Below are positions 19,289 through 28,820 of a DNA stretch of 53,269 nucleotides, in pieces; position 1 is the stretch's first letter; each line of letters begins with the position of its first letter. The notes under the pieces are model-generated. The model saw only the letters and a program-made list of their open reading frames with translations. It was not told where the DNA came from and searched no databases. Position numbers and translations under genes: made by a program. The DNA is from Spirochaetota bacterium (GTDB lineage Bacteria > Spirochaetota > Spirochaetia > DSM-2461), in NCBI GenBank assembly GCA_003644105.1, contig QNBK01000001.1, positions 1 to 53,269 of the forward strand, written 5' to 3'.

Positions 19289-20608
19289 ATGAATCAATTA
19301 TCAGCAGGTTCAGCAGAGTTAAGTATTACACCGGTGGATTCACAGTTTCTTTTTGGTTATCCCCATGTTGAACGCTTCAGTACAGGAGTAATGAATCCTT
19401 TACTCAGCAGTTCTTTGTATCTGAATAATGGTAATAATGATATAATGTTTGTCGCCAACGATATAATATTTGTCGATAAAGCATCAGCAAAAAGAGCCCG
19501 GAAAAGGATATCTGAGAGTACAGGAATCAGGGAGGATGCCATAATGATTTCTGCGACTCATACTCATTCCGGACCGATTACTGTGGATTATCTGAGCAAT
19601 AGCAACGATCCCATAGTACCCAAAACAGATTTGGCATATCTGCAGCTGATGGAAGATGGAATCGTTGAATCAGGAATTAACGCTTTTAAGAACAGCCGCC
19701 CGGCTGAAGCAGGACTCTCTGTAGCGGATGGGTCGGGAGTCGGAACAAACCGACGGGACCCCTCTGGACCTGCAGATCCTCAAGTTCCGGTATTAATGGT
19801 TAGGGATACAGAGTCAGGAGAATTTATTGCCTGTATGCTTGTATATTCAATGCATCCGACGGTACTTCATGAGGATTCAACCCTCGTTAGTGGGGATTTT
19901 CCTTCATTCACCAGGGATTATCTCAAAAAAAAGATTCTCGGGACCCGATGCCCTGTACTTTATCACACCGGTCCTGAGGGAAATCAAAGCCCCAGACATG
20001 TAACGAGCTCCAATACATTTTCTGAAGCAAAGAGATTGGGAGAGATGCTTGGTGCAAGAGTTGAAGCTGCTCTGGAAAATATTGAATACACCTCATCTCT
20101 TTACCTTGGAAGTGAGCAGGGATTTATTATGCCTTCTCCAAAAAAGATTGTTTCTTTAGCTTTTGCGAAACAGCATCTTGAGAAGGCTGTCAGACGTCTG
20201 GAATCATTAAGAAAGGATGAGGCACCCAGTCAGGAGGTTCGGACCGCTGAATGTGACTGGTTCGGTGCCGAAGAGACTGTAACCCTCGCTGAAGCTTCGA
20301 GTGCAGGGAACCTCAATAAATATATCCAGAGCTGTCTTCCGGCTGAAATCCAGGTTTTTAAAATCGGGGATTGGCTCTTTGCTGCCTGGCCGGGAGAGGT
20401 TTTTATTGAGTTCTCCCTGTCTATCAAGAGCAAGTACAAAAATCTTTTTGTTATAAATCTTGCCAATGGTGAATTCCAGGGTTATATCGTTACACCGGAA
20501 GCTGAAGTGGAGGGCGGATATGAGGCTTCCAATGCCATGTTCGGTTCTGAAACCGGGGATATGTTGATAAAAGAAACCTCAAGAATCCTGAAACAAATGG
20601 GTTTGTAG
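19289..20608 (+). CDS. Neutral/alkaline ceramidase-like amidase
   Basis: ISATHTHSGP, NRR, D..V.VL, HPTVL, SGDFP, GNQSP, PGEVF, GYI...GGYE. Confidence 0.75.
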   Translation: MNQLSAGSAELSITPVDSQFLFGYPHVERFSTGVMNPLLSSSLYLNNGNNDIMFVANDIIFVDKASAKRARKRISESTGIREDAIMISATHTHSGPITVDYLSNSNDPIVPKTDLAYLQLMEDGIVESGINAFKNSRPAEAGLSVADGSGVGTNRRDPSGPADPQVPVLMVRDTESGEFIACMLVYSMHPTVLHEDSTLVSGDFPSFTRDYLKKKILGTRCPVLYHTGPEGNQSPRHVTSSNTFSEAKRLGEMLGARVEAALENIEYTSSLYLGSEQGFIMPSPKKIVSLAFAKQHLEKAVRRLESLRKDEAPSQEVRTAECDWFGAEETVTLAEASSAGNLNKYIQSCLPAEIQVFKIGDWLFAAWPGEVFIEFSLSIKSKYKNLFVINLANGEFQGYIVTPEAEVEGGYEASNAMFGSETGDMLIKETSRILKQMGL

Positions 20609-20611
20609 GAA

Positions 20612-21826
20612 TTGAAACATCTGGCTACTGCCGGTAGGCGCAGGGGAGCGGCCATTCGGTCTCTGCCGGCATTCTTCAGTGTGATTATGACTCTAGCCGC
20701 ATTTGCCATGTCGGTTAATTCCATTCCGCCACTGGTAACAACGGTGATAGGAGATTTCAGTATAACTCTGGAATCTTTCGGTTATCTCTTTTCTGTTCAG
20801 TTCTTTGTGTTTATGCTTGCATCATTTGCCGGCGGTGCTTTCCTGGAGCGAACAGATTTAAAACCGGGACTTCTTGTTGCTATCGGGCTTGCCGGTCTTT
20901 CCGCATCATTCTTTATCATTCCTCACTTGTCAACGTTCATGGAATTGCTGGTATGGATAATCTTCCTGGGTTTCAGTGGTGGACTGGTTGAAACTTTTGC
21001 GTCGGTTCTTGTTTCCGGATACGATTCCCGTGGTTCGAGCCGTCTACTCAATCTTTCCCAGGTATTTTACTGTGTGGGTGCTATTGCAGCACCACAGATA
21101 GTCGCTTTCCTTCTGAACAGGCAGGTTCAGTGGGGAAGGATATTTGTTTTTTTTGGTTTCCTGGAACTGCTGATTACCATTCTTTTTATTGTCTTTTCTT
21201 ACGATGATATTCTGGGGCGTTCAAATGCGGTAGAAACAAAACACAGGGAGAAAATTCTTTTCAAGGATGCGGCCTTTTTCTTACTTGGTTTATCCATATT
21301 TTTTTATGTTCTCAGTGAAAGCTTTCTTGTCTTCTGGCTGCCGGCATATCAGGAAAGCTACTATTTATTCTCCCCGGCAGAAGCTGCACGAGGGGTTAGT
21401 CTTTATTGGATTGGTCTGATATTCGGCCGGCTTCTTATTGTCTTCATTTCTGAAAATAATTCTTTGTGGAAAATTCTTTTAATTTCCACAGCCGGAATGT
21501 TTATCAGTGCGGTAATGCTGTCCTTTCACTGGCAGCCGTTAATTCTTAAAATATTGATAATTGTAATTGGATTATTCTCCGGACCTATCTGGGCCACCAT
21601 TATATCTGCCGGAAAATCTGCCGGAGGTAATCCTCGATTTCTAGCCGGTGTGATAGGTGCCGGATCTCTAGGTGCTTCTCTGGGGCCGCTGGTAAGTTCA
21701 CGACTTATCAGATATGGCGGTTTTGGGCTCTTTTTTCCGGGGCTTTCAACCGGAATTGCAATATTATTTGGTTTGCTGTTTTTTTCAAAAATTAATATAA
21801 AACACAAGGAGTTATCTTCTCAATGA
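20612..21826 (+). CDS. MFS transporter
   Basis: About 12 hydrophobic segments; LNLSQVFYCVGAIAAP and G...GRL motifs typical of FucP/TsgA-like MFS proteins. Confidence 0.82.
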   Translation: MKHLATAGRRRGAAIRSLPAFFSVIMTLAAFAMSVNSIPPLVTTVIGDFSITLESFGYLFSVQFFVFMLASFAGGAFLERTDLKPGLLVAIGLAGLSASFFIIPHLSTFMELLVWIIFLGFSGGLVETFASVLVSGYDSRGSSRLLNLSQVFYCVGAIAAPQIVAFLLNRQVQWGRIFVFFGFLELLITILFIVFSYDDILGRSNAVETKHREKILFKDAAFFLLGLSIFFYVLSESFLVFWLPAYQESYYLFSPAEAARGVSLYWIGLIFGRLLIVFISENNSLWKILLISTAGMFISAVMLSFHWQPLILKILIIVIGLFSGPIWATIISAGKSAGGNPRFLAGVIGAGSLGASLGPLVSSRLIRYGGFGLFFPGLSTGIAILFGLLFFSKINIKHKELSSQ

Positions 21827-22719
21827 AAAAAATCTACTCCGCATCTATTACGCCTTTTACTGTAAAAGGGGATATAGATAAAAAATCGTTGGAAAAATTA
21901 ATTGAGTTCAACCTTGAAAGGGGTGTTGAAGGTTTCTTCTTTCTCGGGACCATGGGTGAATGGGCTGTACTCAGCAGTGCAATGAAAGATGACTTACTTG
22001 AAACTGCCGGTGGAATAATCGGCAGCAGGGCGGAAATAATTATTGGTGCTCATGCGACCGGCTTTAATGGAATCCTTGAGAATATTGAAAAATACTCAAA
22101 GTACAATTGTCATTCTTTTGCCGTACAGCTGCCCGGTGGCTGGGCGAAACCTTCAGATCCAGTATCCTATATGCATAAGATTGCAGATTTTTCGACAAAG
22201 CCGGTGTATCTGTACTATTTACCTGCTGTTAATGGAGTTGGATTCTCCAAAGAACAGTTTAAGGATCTTTTCAGTCATCCGCGTATTGCTGGTGTAAAGA
22301 ACTCTTCAGACAGCTTACGGGCCCGGAAGGAGCTCCTCAATCTGAAAAGGGAAGTTGAATTCACTCTTTTTGAAGGGCAGGAATGGGTTGTCGATGAATC
22401 TCTTGCCCTTGGGTGTGACGGGGCACTTGTCGGATTGGCTCCCCTGGGGGCAAAGCTCTTTCGCAGTATTGCAGACTCTGTTGAGGCTGGCGATTTTGAG
22501 AAAGCCCGGGAATTACAGAGTATTATGATAGAAATCTTCGATGGTATTTATGGGATGGCTCTGGACACCGTATGGGTAGGCCAGAAATACGCTCTTAAGA
22601 TTCTTGATATCTTTTCCAGTGAAAAATCTCTTGTTCCTTCCCAGGAGAATGCTCTTGGTCCTGAAAGTAAAAAGAGAATTGAGATTTGTGTTGATAAGTA
22701 TAAAGCTTATTTAGTCTGA
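21823..22719 (+). CDS. DHDPS/N-acetylneuraminate-lyase family aldolase
   Basis: ITPF...GDID, GTMGE, YLYY.P, Schiff-base Lys in GVKNS, GCDG. Confidence 0.85.
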   Translation: MKKIYSASITPFTVKGDIDKKSLEKLIEFNLERGVEGFFFLGTMGEWAVLSSAMKDDLLETAGGIIGSRAEIIIGAHATGFNGILENIEKYSKYNCHSFAVQLPGGWAKPSDPVSYMHKIADFSTKPVYLYYLPAVNGVGFSKEQFKDLFSHPRIAGVKNSSDSLRARKELLNLKREVEFTLFEGQEWVVDESLALGCDGALVGLAPLGAKLFRSIADSVEAGDFEKARELQSIMIEIFDGIYGMALDTVWVGQKYALKILDIFSSEKSLVPSQENALGPESKKRIEICVDKYKAYLV

Positions 22720-22741
22720 CAGTTTGGTTAAGGGATAGTTT

Positions 22742-23191
22742 ATGAGATACAAAGATACCGGTGAAGTCCATATGGACTTTCATCTGGCTACGAATGAAAC
22801 GATTGAATATGTATTATCAGAATATGGACAGGATTTCCTTACAGAGCTCTTCCGGCGTACTGCCCAGAATGTATATCGTGATATTTACAACGGCTTGAAG
22901 AATGGTGACTCACAAAAACTGATTGAACACTGGAGCTACTATTACACCAGGGAAAAAGGAGCTTTCATTATTACAGAAGGTGCAAATGAAGTCAGTTTTC
23001 ATGTTACAGAGTGCCCGGCTGTGAGGCATTTACTTGCAAATAAGATTCCTGTGAACAGGGAGTTCTACCTTCAGATGGAATTAATGAACAACGCCTGGTC
23101 CGAGGATACTCCGTTTAACATAGAAACTTCAGTTCTCTCCGAAGGTGAATACACTATGACGATAAGGAGAACTTCGAATGATTCCCAGTGA
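22742..23191 (+). CDS. Hypothetical protein, probable V4R/ATC-hydrolase-like fold
   Basis: ORF in the operon; F.VTECPA motif; resembles the downstream gene. Confidence 0.65.
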   Translation: MRYKDTGEVHMDFHLATNETIEYVLSEYGQDFLTELFRRTAQNVYRDIYNGLKNGDSQKLIEHWSYYYTREKGAFIITEGANEVSFHVTECPAVRHLLANKIPVNREFYLQMELMNNAWSEDTPFNIETSVLSEGEYTMTIRRTSNDSQ

Positions 23192-23651
23192 CCATTTTGT
23201 CCGCATGTATAACGAATTATTTAAAATGCTGGAGGAAAAAGGCCATAGCCATCTTCAGAACTACTGGCGGCGAATTGCATCCCTCCAGAAAACCATCCTT
23301 GGTCCATACATCAAAAAAGATGGCCTGAAAGGAATGTATGATTATTGGGAACACATACGGATTGAAGAAAATTGTGATGCAAATCTCGAAATTACCGATG
23401 ATTTTTTTGAATTCAGAATGAATAAATGTCCATCATTAAGCAAGGCTCTGGATAATGATGCCGGGGCGTTTGAGTTCTACTGCGATCACTGTGCCGGATG
23501 GGTAAAGCCTGTTGTGGAAGATTACGGGTATCATTATTCGAGTGATATTATCTCAAGGACCGAACCGGTTTGTGTGATGCGTATATACAAAGACAAAAAG
23601 AAGGCAAAAGAGTACAATCAAACGCACATTCTGCCGGCCAAACCCTACTAG
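23178..23651 (+). CDS. Hypothetical Cys-rich protein, probable V4R/ATC-hydrolase-like fold
   Basis: AAGGAG RBS; F.MNKCPS...YCDHC...C motif. Confidence 0.68.
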   Translation: MIPSDHFVRMYNELFKMLEEKGHSHLQNYWRRIASLQKTILGPYIKKDGLKGMYDYWEHIRIEENCDANLEITDDFFEFRMNKCPSLSKALDNDAGAFEFYCDHCAGWVKPVVEDYGYHYSSDIISRTEPVCVMRIYKDKKKAKEYNQTHILPAKPY

Positions 23652-23661
23652 AGGTTCTGAT

Positions 23662-25101
23662 TTGGATGTTGTACTTGGTATCGATTTAGGTACAAGCTAT
23701 TTTAAAGCCGCAGTTGTTAACCGTTCCGGAGCCCTTCTCGGACTTGGGCGGTCGGCTGTTCCGGTTGGCGATACTTCCGGTGGTACCTGGGAAGTTGAAA
23801 TAGACCGTTTCTGGCATTCAATCAAAACTATAATCGATGAGGCCTGTGCCAGGGGCGGTGTTAAGCCCTTCGATATCTGCGGTGTTTCTTATGCATCCCA
23901 GGCTAATTCGTTCCTGATGCTTGATGCAGATTACAAGCCTCTGACGCCTATAATCCTCTGGCCTGATAATCGCGGGTTAAAGAATGATAATGAGCTGAAC
24001 GGCCTCTGGGTTGATAAAGAATACCCTGATATTACCGGCATGAGTTTCAAAGGATCTGAGTTCGCCATTGCCAAGGTTCGGTGGTTTCAGAAAAAAATGC
24101 CTGAGCTATGGTCCGGAGTAAGACATTTCATGACCATCTCTGATTATCTGGCCTTCAAACTTACTGATAAACCAATTGGGGATTCTGGGACTGCATCCCT
24201 GCTGGGTATTTATAATTTAAGAGACTCCAGGTGGTGGGGGAAAGCCCTTTCAGCGCTGAACATTCCGGAATCGTATCTTTCTCAAACATCCCGTCCGGGT
24301 ACTGTTGCAGGAATAACCGCATCATTCGCATCAGAATACCTCGGGTTAATAAGCGGTACACCTTTTTCCCTTGGGGGGTTGGATCATCATATTGCGGCAC
24401 TGGGAGCCGGGGCCGGACAGATATCAGGATTAAGTGAATCTACAGGGACAGTTCTGGCTTTTTACCAGTCTCCGGTAAGTTTCAAACCAGACCAGTTATC
24501 ATGTCTGGGACCATCCATAACCGATGGGGAGTATTACCGTTTAAGCTTCAATGATAATGGCGGCCGGGGAGTTGAGTGGTACCGGAGTAATTTTGCCGAA
24601 GAGTACTCATTGCCTGAACTGGATAATATGGCTGCCGGAATATCACCGGGCTCTGATGGCCTTATCGCACTTCCTGAAGTCTTCAGAGAGAGAGATCTTT
24701 CCAGATTTGTTAATGTTAAAGCTTCTCATACGCATGGCCATTATTTCAGGGCGATTATGGAATCAACAGCGGTGAGTCTATCGTCTCTTATTAACCGAGC
24801 ATGTCCGGAAGATGAGAATCTCAGAATCCTGGCTACAGGAGGCGGAGCCGGGAGCCGGATCTGGCTCAGGGTTAAAGCTATGGTTACCGGCTCTGATCTG
24901 ATAACAAGTTCCAGCTCCGAGCCGGCTGCATACGGAGCAGCAATGCTGGCATCTGTCGCTGCCGGATGGTTTGAATCCAGTAAGGATGCCGCTCAGAGCT
25001 GGGTGAATATCAAAGAAATATTTACCCCGGGAAAAAACAGCAGGAAAGAACTTGAAAAATGGCTGGTCGAATACCAGAAGGCGGTTAAAAAGTATGAATA
25101 A
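23662..25101 (+). CDS. FGGY-family carbohydrate kinase (xylulokinase-like)
   Basis: GIDLGTS, WPDNR, ISDYL, GGLDH, ESTGT, RAIMES, TGGGA, A.GAAMLA. Confidence 0.9.
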   Translation: MDVVLGIDLGTSYFKAAVVNRSGALLGLGRSAVPVGDTSGGTWEVEIDRFWHSIKTIIDEACARGGVKPFDICGVSYASQANSFLMLDADYKPLTPIILWPDNRGLKNDNELNGLWVDKEYPDITGMSFKGSEFAIAKVRWFQKKMPELWSGVRHFMTISDYLAFKLTDKPIGDSGTASLLGIYNLRDSRWWGKALSALNIPESYLSQTSRPGTVAGITASFASEYLGLISGTPFSLGGLDHHIAALGAGAGQISGLSESTGTVLAFYQSPVSFKPDQLSCLGPSITDGEYYRLSFNDNGGRGVEWYRSNFAEEYSLPELDNMAAGISPGSDGLIALPEVFRERDLSRFVNVKASHTHGHYFRAIMESTAVSLSSLINRACPEDENLRILATGGGAGSRIWLRVKAMVTGSDLITSSSSEPAAYGAAMLASVAAGWFESSKDAAQSWVNIKEIFTPGKNSRKELEKWLVEYQKAVKKYE

Positions 25102-25897
25102 TTCACCAGAGAATACCGGTATGTTTAATCTGAAGAACCGAGTGATTTTTGTAGCCGGGGGTGCGGGATATCTGGCCCTTCCGGCTTGTCGAGCCCTTCT
25201 GGAGCAGGGTGCCCGAATTGCCATTGGTGATTTTAACAAAGAAAATCTTAAAGCGGCGATAGAAGTACTGGGTTCCGAGTTCCCCGTTAACTCCATTCTG
25301 GGCTTGGATTTTAATATTGCGGAGGAAGAATCCATTGCGAACGCTATTGAGGAAATCCTTGAAAAATTCGGCCGCCTGGACTGTCTGGTGAATGCCACAT
25401 ACCGCAATATCGGGAAATCGGTGAAAGATTTGACCTCAGCTGAGTTTAATCAGGCAAACAGCATCAATATCACAGGTACATTCCTGCTGGTACGGGCTGC
25501 AGCTGAGGCTATGGAAAATGGCGGGAGTATCATCCTCTTTTCTTCCATGTATGGTTTGATTTCTCCCAACCAGAGTGATTATCCCGGGAGAATGGAAAAA
25601 AACCCGGTTGAGTACGGTGCAGGTAAAGCTGCAATTAATCAGTTAGCCAGATTCATGGCCGGTGAATACGGTAGACAGAACATCAGGGTGAATGTCATAG
25701 CTCCTGGACCTTTCCCCTGGGAATCGGTGCAGAAAGAGCATCCGGTTTTTATGGAAAAGCTATCAGCAAAGACAATGCTGGGAAGAATCGGCAGAAGAGA
25801 TGAGTTAGCAGGGACTGTAGTTTATCTGGCCTCAGATGCATCGTCATATATGACGGGCCAGGTGTTAAGTGTTGATGGCGGAGTTACTGCCTGGTAG
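25094..25897 (+). CDS. SDR oxidoreductase
   Basis: AGGAGYL, SSMYG, YGAGK, IRVNVIAPGPFP, GRIG, TGQVLSVDGG. Confidence 0.9.
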   Translation: MNNSPENTGMFNLKNRVIFVAGGAGYLALPACRALLEQGARIAIGDFNKENLKAAIEVLGSEFPVNSILGLDFNIAEEESIANAIEEILEKFGRLDCLVNATYRNIGKSVKDLTSAEFNQANSINITGTFLLVRAAAEAMENGGSIILFSSMYGLISPNQSDYPGRMEKNPVEYGAGKAAINQLARFMAGEYGRQNIRVNVIAPGPFPWESVQKEHPVFMEKLSAKTMLGRIGRRDELAGTVVYLASDASSYMTGQVLSVDGGVTAW

Positions 25898-25924
25898 TAA
25901 ATACGTTTGAGAAGGAGAGTCTAT

Positions 25925-26893
25925 ATGGGTGAAAATAAACCGCTTGTTAAAGGGAAAGAGATCCGTCTTGCTATTCTGGGTAAGACACCGGGAAACGGGC
26001 ATCCGTATTCCTGGAGTGCCATGTTTAACGGTTATGACAGGGATCTGATGACAAAGGAATGCCCCTATACTGGAATCCCTGCATATTTGAACATCCAACC
26101 GGAGGGCTTCCAGATACCGAACGTAAAAGTTACCCATATATGTACAAGCGGGGAAGGTGATTTTACTGCTGAGCATGTGGCCCGTTGTGCTCTTATTCCG
26201 AATGTCGTTGAGAATCCTGAGGATGTAATCGGGAAAGTAGATGCAGTGATAATGGCAACGGATATCGGATCGGAACATGTTGTACGCTGCCGTCCTTTTA
26301 TTGAAGCTGATATCCCCCTTTTTATTGATAAACCCATGGTGGACAATGCGGAAGATCTCAAGATCTTCAACAGCTGGGTGGCAGAAGGTAAAGCCCTGAT
26401 GAGTTCCAGCTCCATGCGCTACACAAAGGAATTTCTCCCATACCGAATCTCAACCAACAATCTCGGAAAGCTGAGATTCGGGAGTATTATGACATCCAAG
26501 AAATGGGAAACATACGGCATTCATGCTCTTGAGGCCATCTATCCTATCTTCGGTCCGGGATTTATTTCGGCAAGAAATACCGGGACAAAAGACAGGAATG
26601 TTGTCCATTTCACTCATTCCTGCGGGGCCGATGTGATTGTTGTTGCCAGTAAGGATATGCATGGAGGTTTCGGTCTTCTAACTCTGGCAGGAACAGAGGG
26701 AAGCGACCAGCTGGCTTTTAAAGACAGCTTCTATGCCTTCCGCAAGCAGTTGGTCTCTTTTGTTGAATACCTGCGTACCGGGATACGGCCATTCCCCTAC
26801 AGTGAGACTGAAGAACTGATGAGAATGGTGATTGCCGGTATTCAAAGCCGTGAAAGAGGAGGGACCGAAATCCTTCTGAAGGAGATTTTATGA
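25925..26893 (+). CDS. Gfo/Idh/MocA-like oxidoreductase
   Basis: GNGHPYSWS, VDAV, H, PLFIDKP, SSSSMRY, YGIH. Confidence 0.8.
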   Translation: MGENKPLVKGKEIRLAILGKTPGNGHPYSWSAMFNGYDRDLMTKECPYTGIPAYLNIQPEGFQIPNVKVTHICTSGEGDFTAEHVARCALIPNVVENPEDVIGKVDAVIMATDIGSEHVVRCRPFIEADIPLFIDKPMVDNAEDLKIFNSWVAEGKALMSSSSMRYTKEFLPYRISTNNLGKLRFGSIMTSKKWETYGIHALEAIYPIFGPGFISARNTGTKDRNVVHFTHSCGADVIVVASKDMHGGFGLLTLAGTEGSDQLAFKDSFYAFRKQLVSFVEYLRTGIRPFPYSETEELMRMVIAGIQSRERGGTEILLKEIL

Positions 26894-27675
26894 ACGTTCT
26901 TGATTCTTTTTCATTAAAGGGAAAAGTTGCACTTCTTACAGGCGGCGCCGGACTCTATGGCCGGCAGATTGTGGCCGCATTGGCTGAGGCCGGGGCAGAA
27001 ACCTATATTGCATCCCGGAATACTGACGCTCTTGAGAATGTTGCTTCCGAACACCGGGCTATCGGGCATCAGGTTACCGCATTGTATCTCGATCAGGGGA
27101 AAGAAGAGACGATCGAGTCACTGAAAGAGGAAATCATTCAGCGCAGCGGGCGAATTGATATTCTGGTGAATAATGCCGTAGCCCGTGTTATGAGCAATGG
27201 TATGGATGGAAGCTCAGAAGATTTTGATACAAGTATGCATATTAATGCCACCGGTGTTTTTCTGATGACCAGGATTATCGGAAGGGTTATGGAAAAACAG
27301 AAAGCCGGATCGATTGTTAATATCGGGTCGATGATGGGCATGGTTGGTGTTGAGAACCACAACTACGACGGCACGGACATGGATGGATGGGCTCCTGATT
27401 ACTTCTTCCATAAAGGTGGAATGATTAATTTTACCCGGTTCTGTGCCTCATACTACGGTAATAACAATATCCGGGTGAACTGTATCTCACCGGGCGGGCT
27501 GAAGCACTCCAGTCATCCGGAACAGTTCATAAAGAACTACAGTGACAGAACTCAGTTGGGACGGCTTGCCGGTGAAGAAGATCTGAAAGGAGCGATTCTC
27601 TATCTGTCCTCTGATGCCTCATCTTACGTGACAGGAATAAACCTTCCGGTAGATGGCGGTTATACAGCAAAATAG
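26890..27675 (+). CDS. SDR oxidoreductase
   Basis: TGGAGLYG, ILVNNA, GSIVNIGS, YFFHK, IRVNCISPGG, VDGGYT. Confidence 0.9.
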   Translation: MNVLDSFSLKGKVALLTGGAGLYGRQIVAALAEAGAETYIASRNTDALENVASEHRAIGHQVTALYLDQGKEETIESLKEEIIQRSGRIDILVNNAVARVMSNGMDGSSEDFDTSMHINATGVFLMTRIIGRVMEKQKAGSIVNIGSMMGMVGVENHNYDGTDMDGWAPDYFFHKGGMINFTRFCASYYGNNNIRVNCISPGGLKHSSHPEQFIKNYSDRTQLGRLAGEEDLKGAILYLSSDASSYVTGINLPVDGGYTAK

Positions 27676-27702
27676 CATACGTAGGTTAGAATTGAATAAT
27701 CG

Positions 27703-27742
27703 TTGACAGATACCTCCCTAGAAGATATATTGGTTATAACAA
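27703..27742 (+). promoter_or_regulatory. Sigma70 promoter with an overlapping GntR-type operator
   Basis: TTGACA(27703)-17 bp-TATATT(27726), immediately followed by TGGTTATAACAA (27731-27742). Confidence 0.65.
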
Positions 27743-27811
27743 TATGTACATTGGGGTTTTTTTGTTGTAACACATAACCGAGAGCAACGGTATTTTGGAG
27801 CTTAATGAAAA

Positions 27812-28759
27812 ATGAAGTATTCACCATTAAAGGAACTGCAAATCTCCAGAATAGGACTGGGAGCGGTTCAGTTTGGTATAGATTACGGTATTAACAATTC
27901 AACCGGACAGGTTAGCTATGAGGGCATACTCCAAATATTGAGCTTTGCTCATGATAAGGGCGTCAATTTCATCGATACTTCAAGGTATTACGGTTCCAGT
28001 GAAGAGAATCTGGGCAGAGCTTTAAAAGAATTGAATCTGGTGGATGCTTTTACAGTCTGCACCAAGCTGGATTTACCTAAGAATTATGTGGAATTACCGG
28101 AAAAGGCACTGTTGCAGACTGCTTCAGACTGTTTAGAGAAAAGCTCGGAGATGCTGGGACTGGAGACGTTGCCGGTATATTTATTACATACCTATGACTA
28201 CAAAAAACACCTGGACGGGATACTCTGGGACTTTCTGGTAGAGAAGAAGCAAAATGGAGCCATAGGTCACTTGGGAGTCTCAATTGCCAACGGCCCGCAG
28301 GAGGCCCTTGAGAGCTTGGAAGATCCTGATGTTGATGTGATACAGATCCCCTATAATCTTTTTGACCATCGATGGCACAAGGAAGGGATTCTTGAAAAAG
28401 CCGTTGAGAAGGGTGTTGCAGTTTTCAACCGCAGTACATATCTCCAGGGACTGCTTGTTATGGGGAAAGAAAAGGCGGCAGAGAAGCTGCCGTCAGCAGT
28501 ACCGTATTTAGAGAGATTGAAAGGGTTTGTCGATAAAAAAGGTTTAAGCAAAAAGGAATTGATTGCCAGTTATGTCTTCTCGGAACCATCCATCACCTCC
28601 ACGGTGGTAGGGGTGGATTCCCTGAAACAGCTCAAAGAGAATATTATTCTCTATGGTAGTGGTTTGATTGAAGAGGACACAAGAAGGAGTCTTGAGAGTA
28701 TGTTCAGTGATGTGCCTGATTCTATTGTTAATCCCTCATTGTGGGATAATAAAAAGTGA
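27812..28759 (+). CDS. Aldo/keto reductase
   Basis: GLGAVQFG.DYG, DTS.YYG.SE..LG, TK, LLH, LGVS, IQIPYN, RSTYLQGLL, VGVDS..QL.EN. Confidence 0.9.
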   Translation: MKYSPLKELQISRIGLGAVQFGIDYGINNSTGQVSYEGILQILSFAHDKGVNFIDTSRYYGSSEENLGRALKELNLVDAFTVCTKLDLPKNYVELPEKALLQTASDCLEKSSEMLGLETLPVYLLHTYDYKKHLDGILWDFLVEKKQNGAIGHLGVSIANGPQEALESLEDPDVDVIQIPYNLFDHRWHKEGILEKAVEKGVAVFNRSTYLQGLLVMGKEKAAEKLPSAVPYLERLKGFVDKKGLSKKELIASYVFSEPSITSTVVGVDSLKQLKENIILYGSGLIEEDTRRSLESMFSDVPDSIVNPSLWDNKK

Positions 28760-28820
28760 GTAATGTCTGATGCAGGATTCAACTGCAGAGAGTTTTTAGA
28801 TTTATGACAGGGAGAGAATT

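Noticed and set aside
24778-25407. 209-aa antisense ORF
   Set aside because: Shadow of the FGGY kinase and SDR genes; no recognisable motifs
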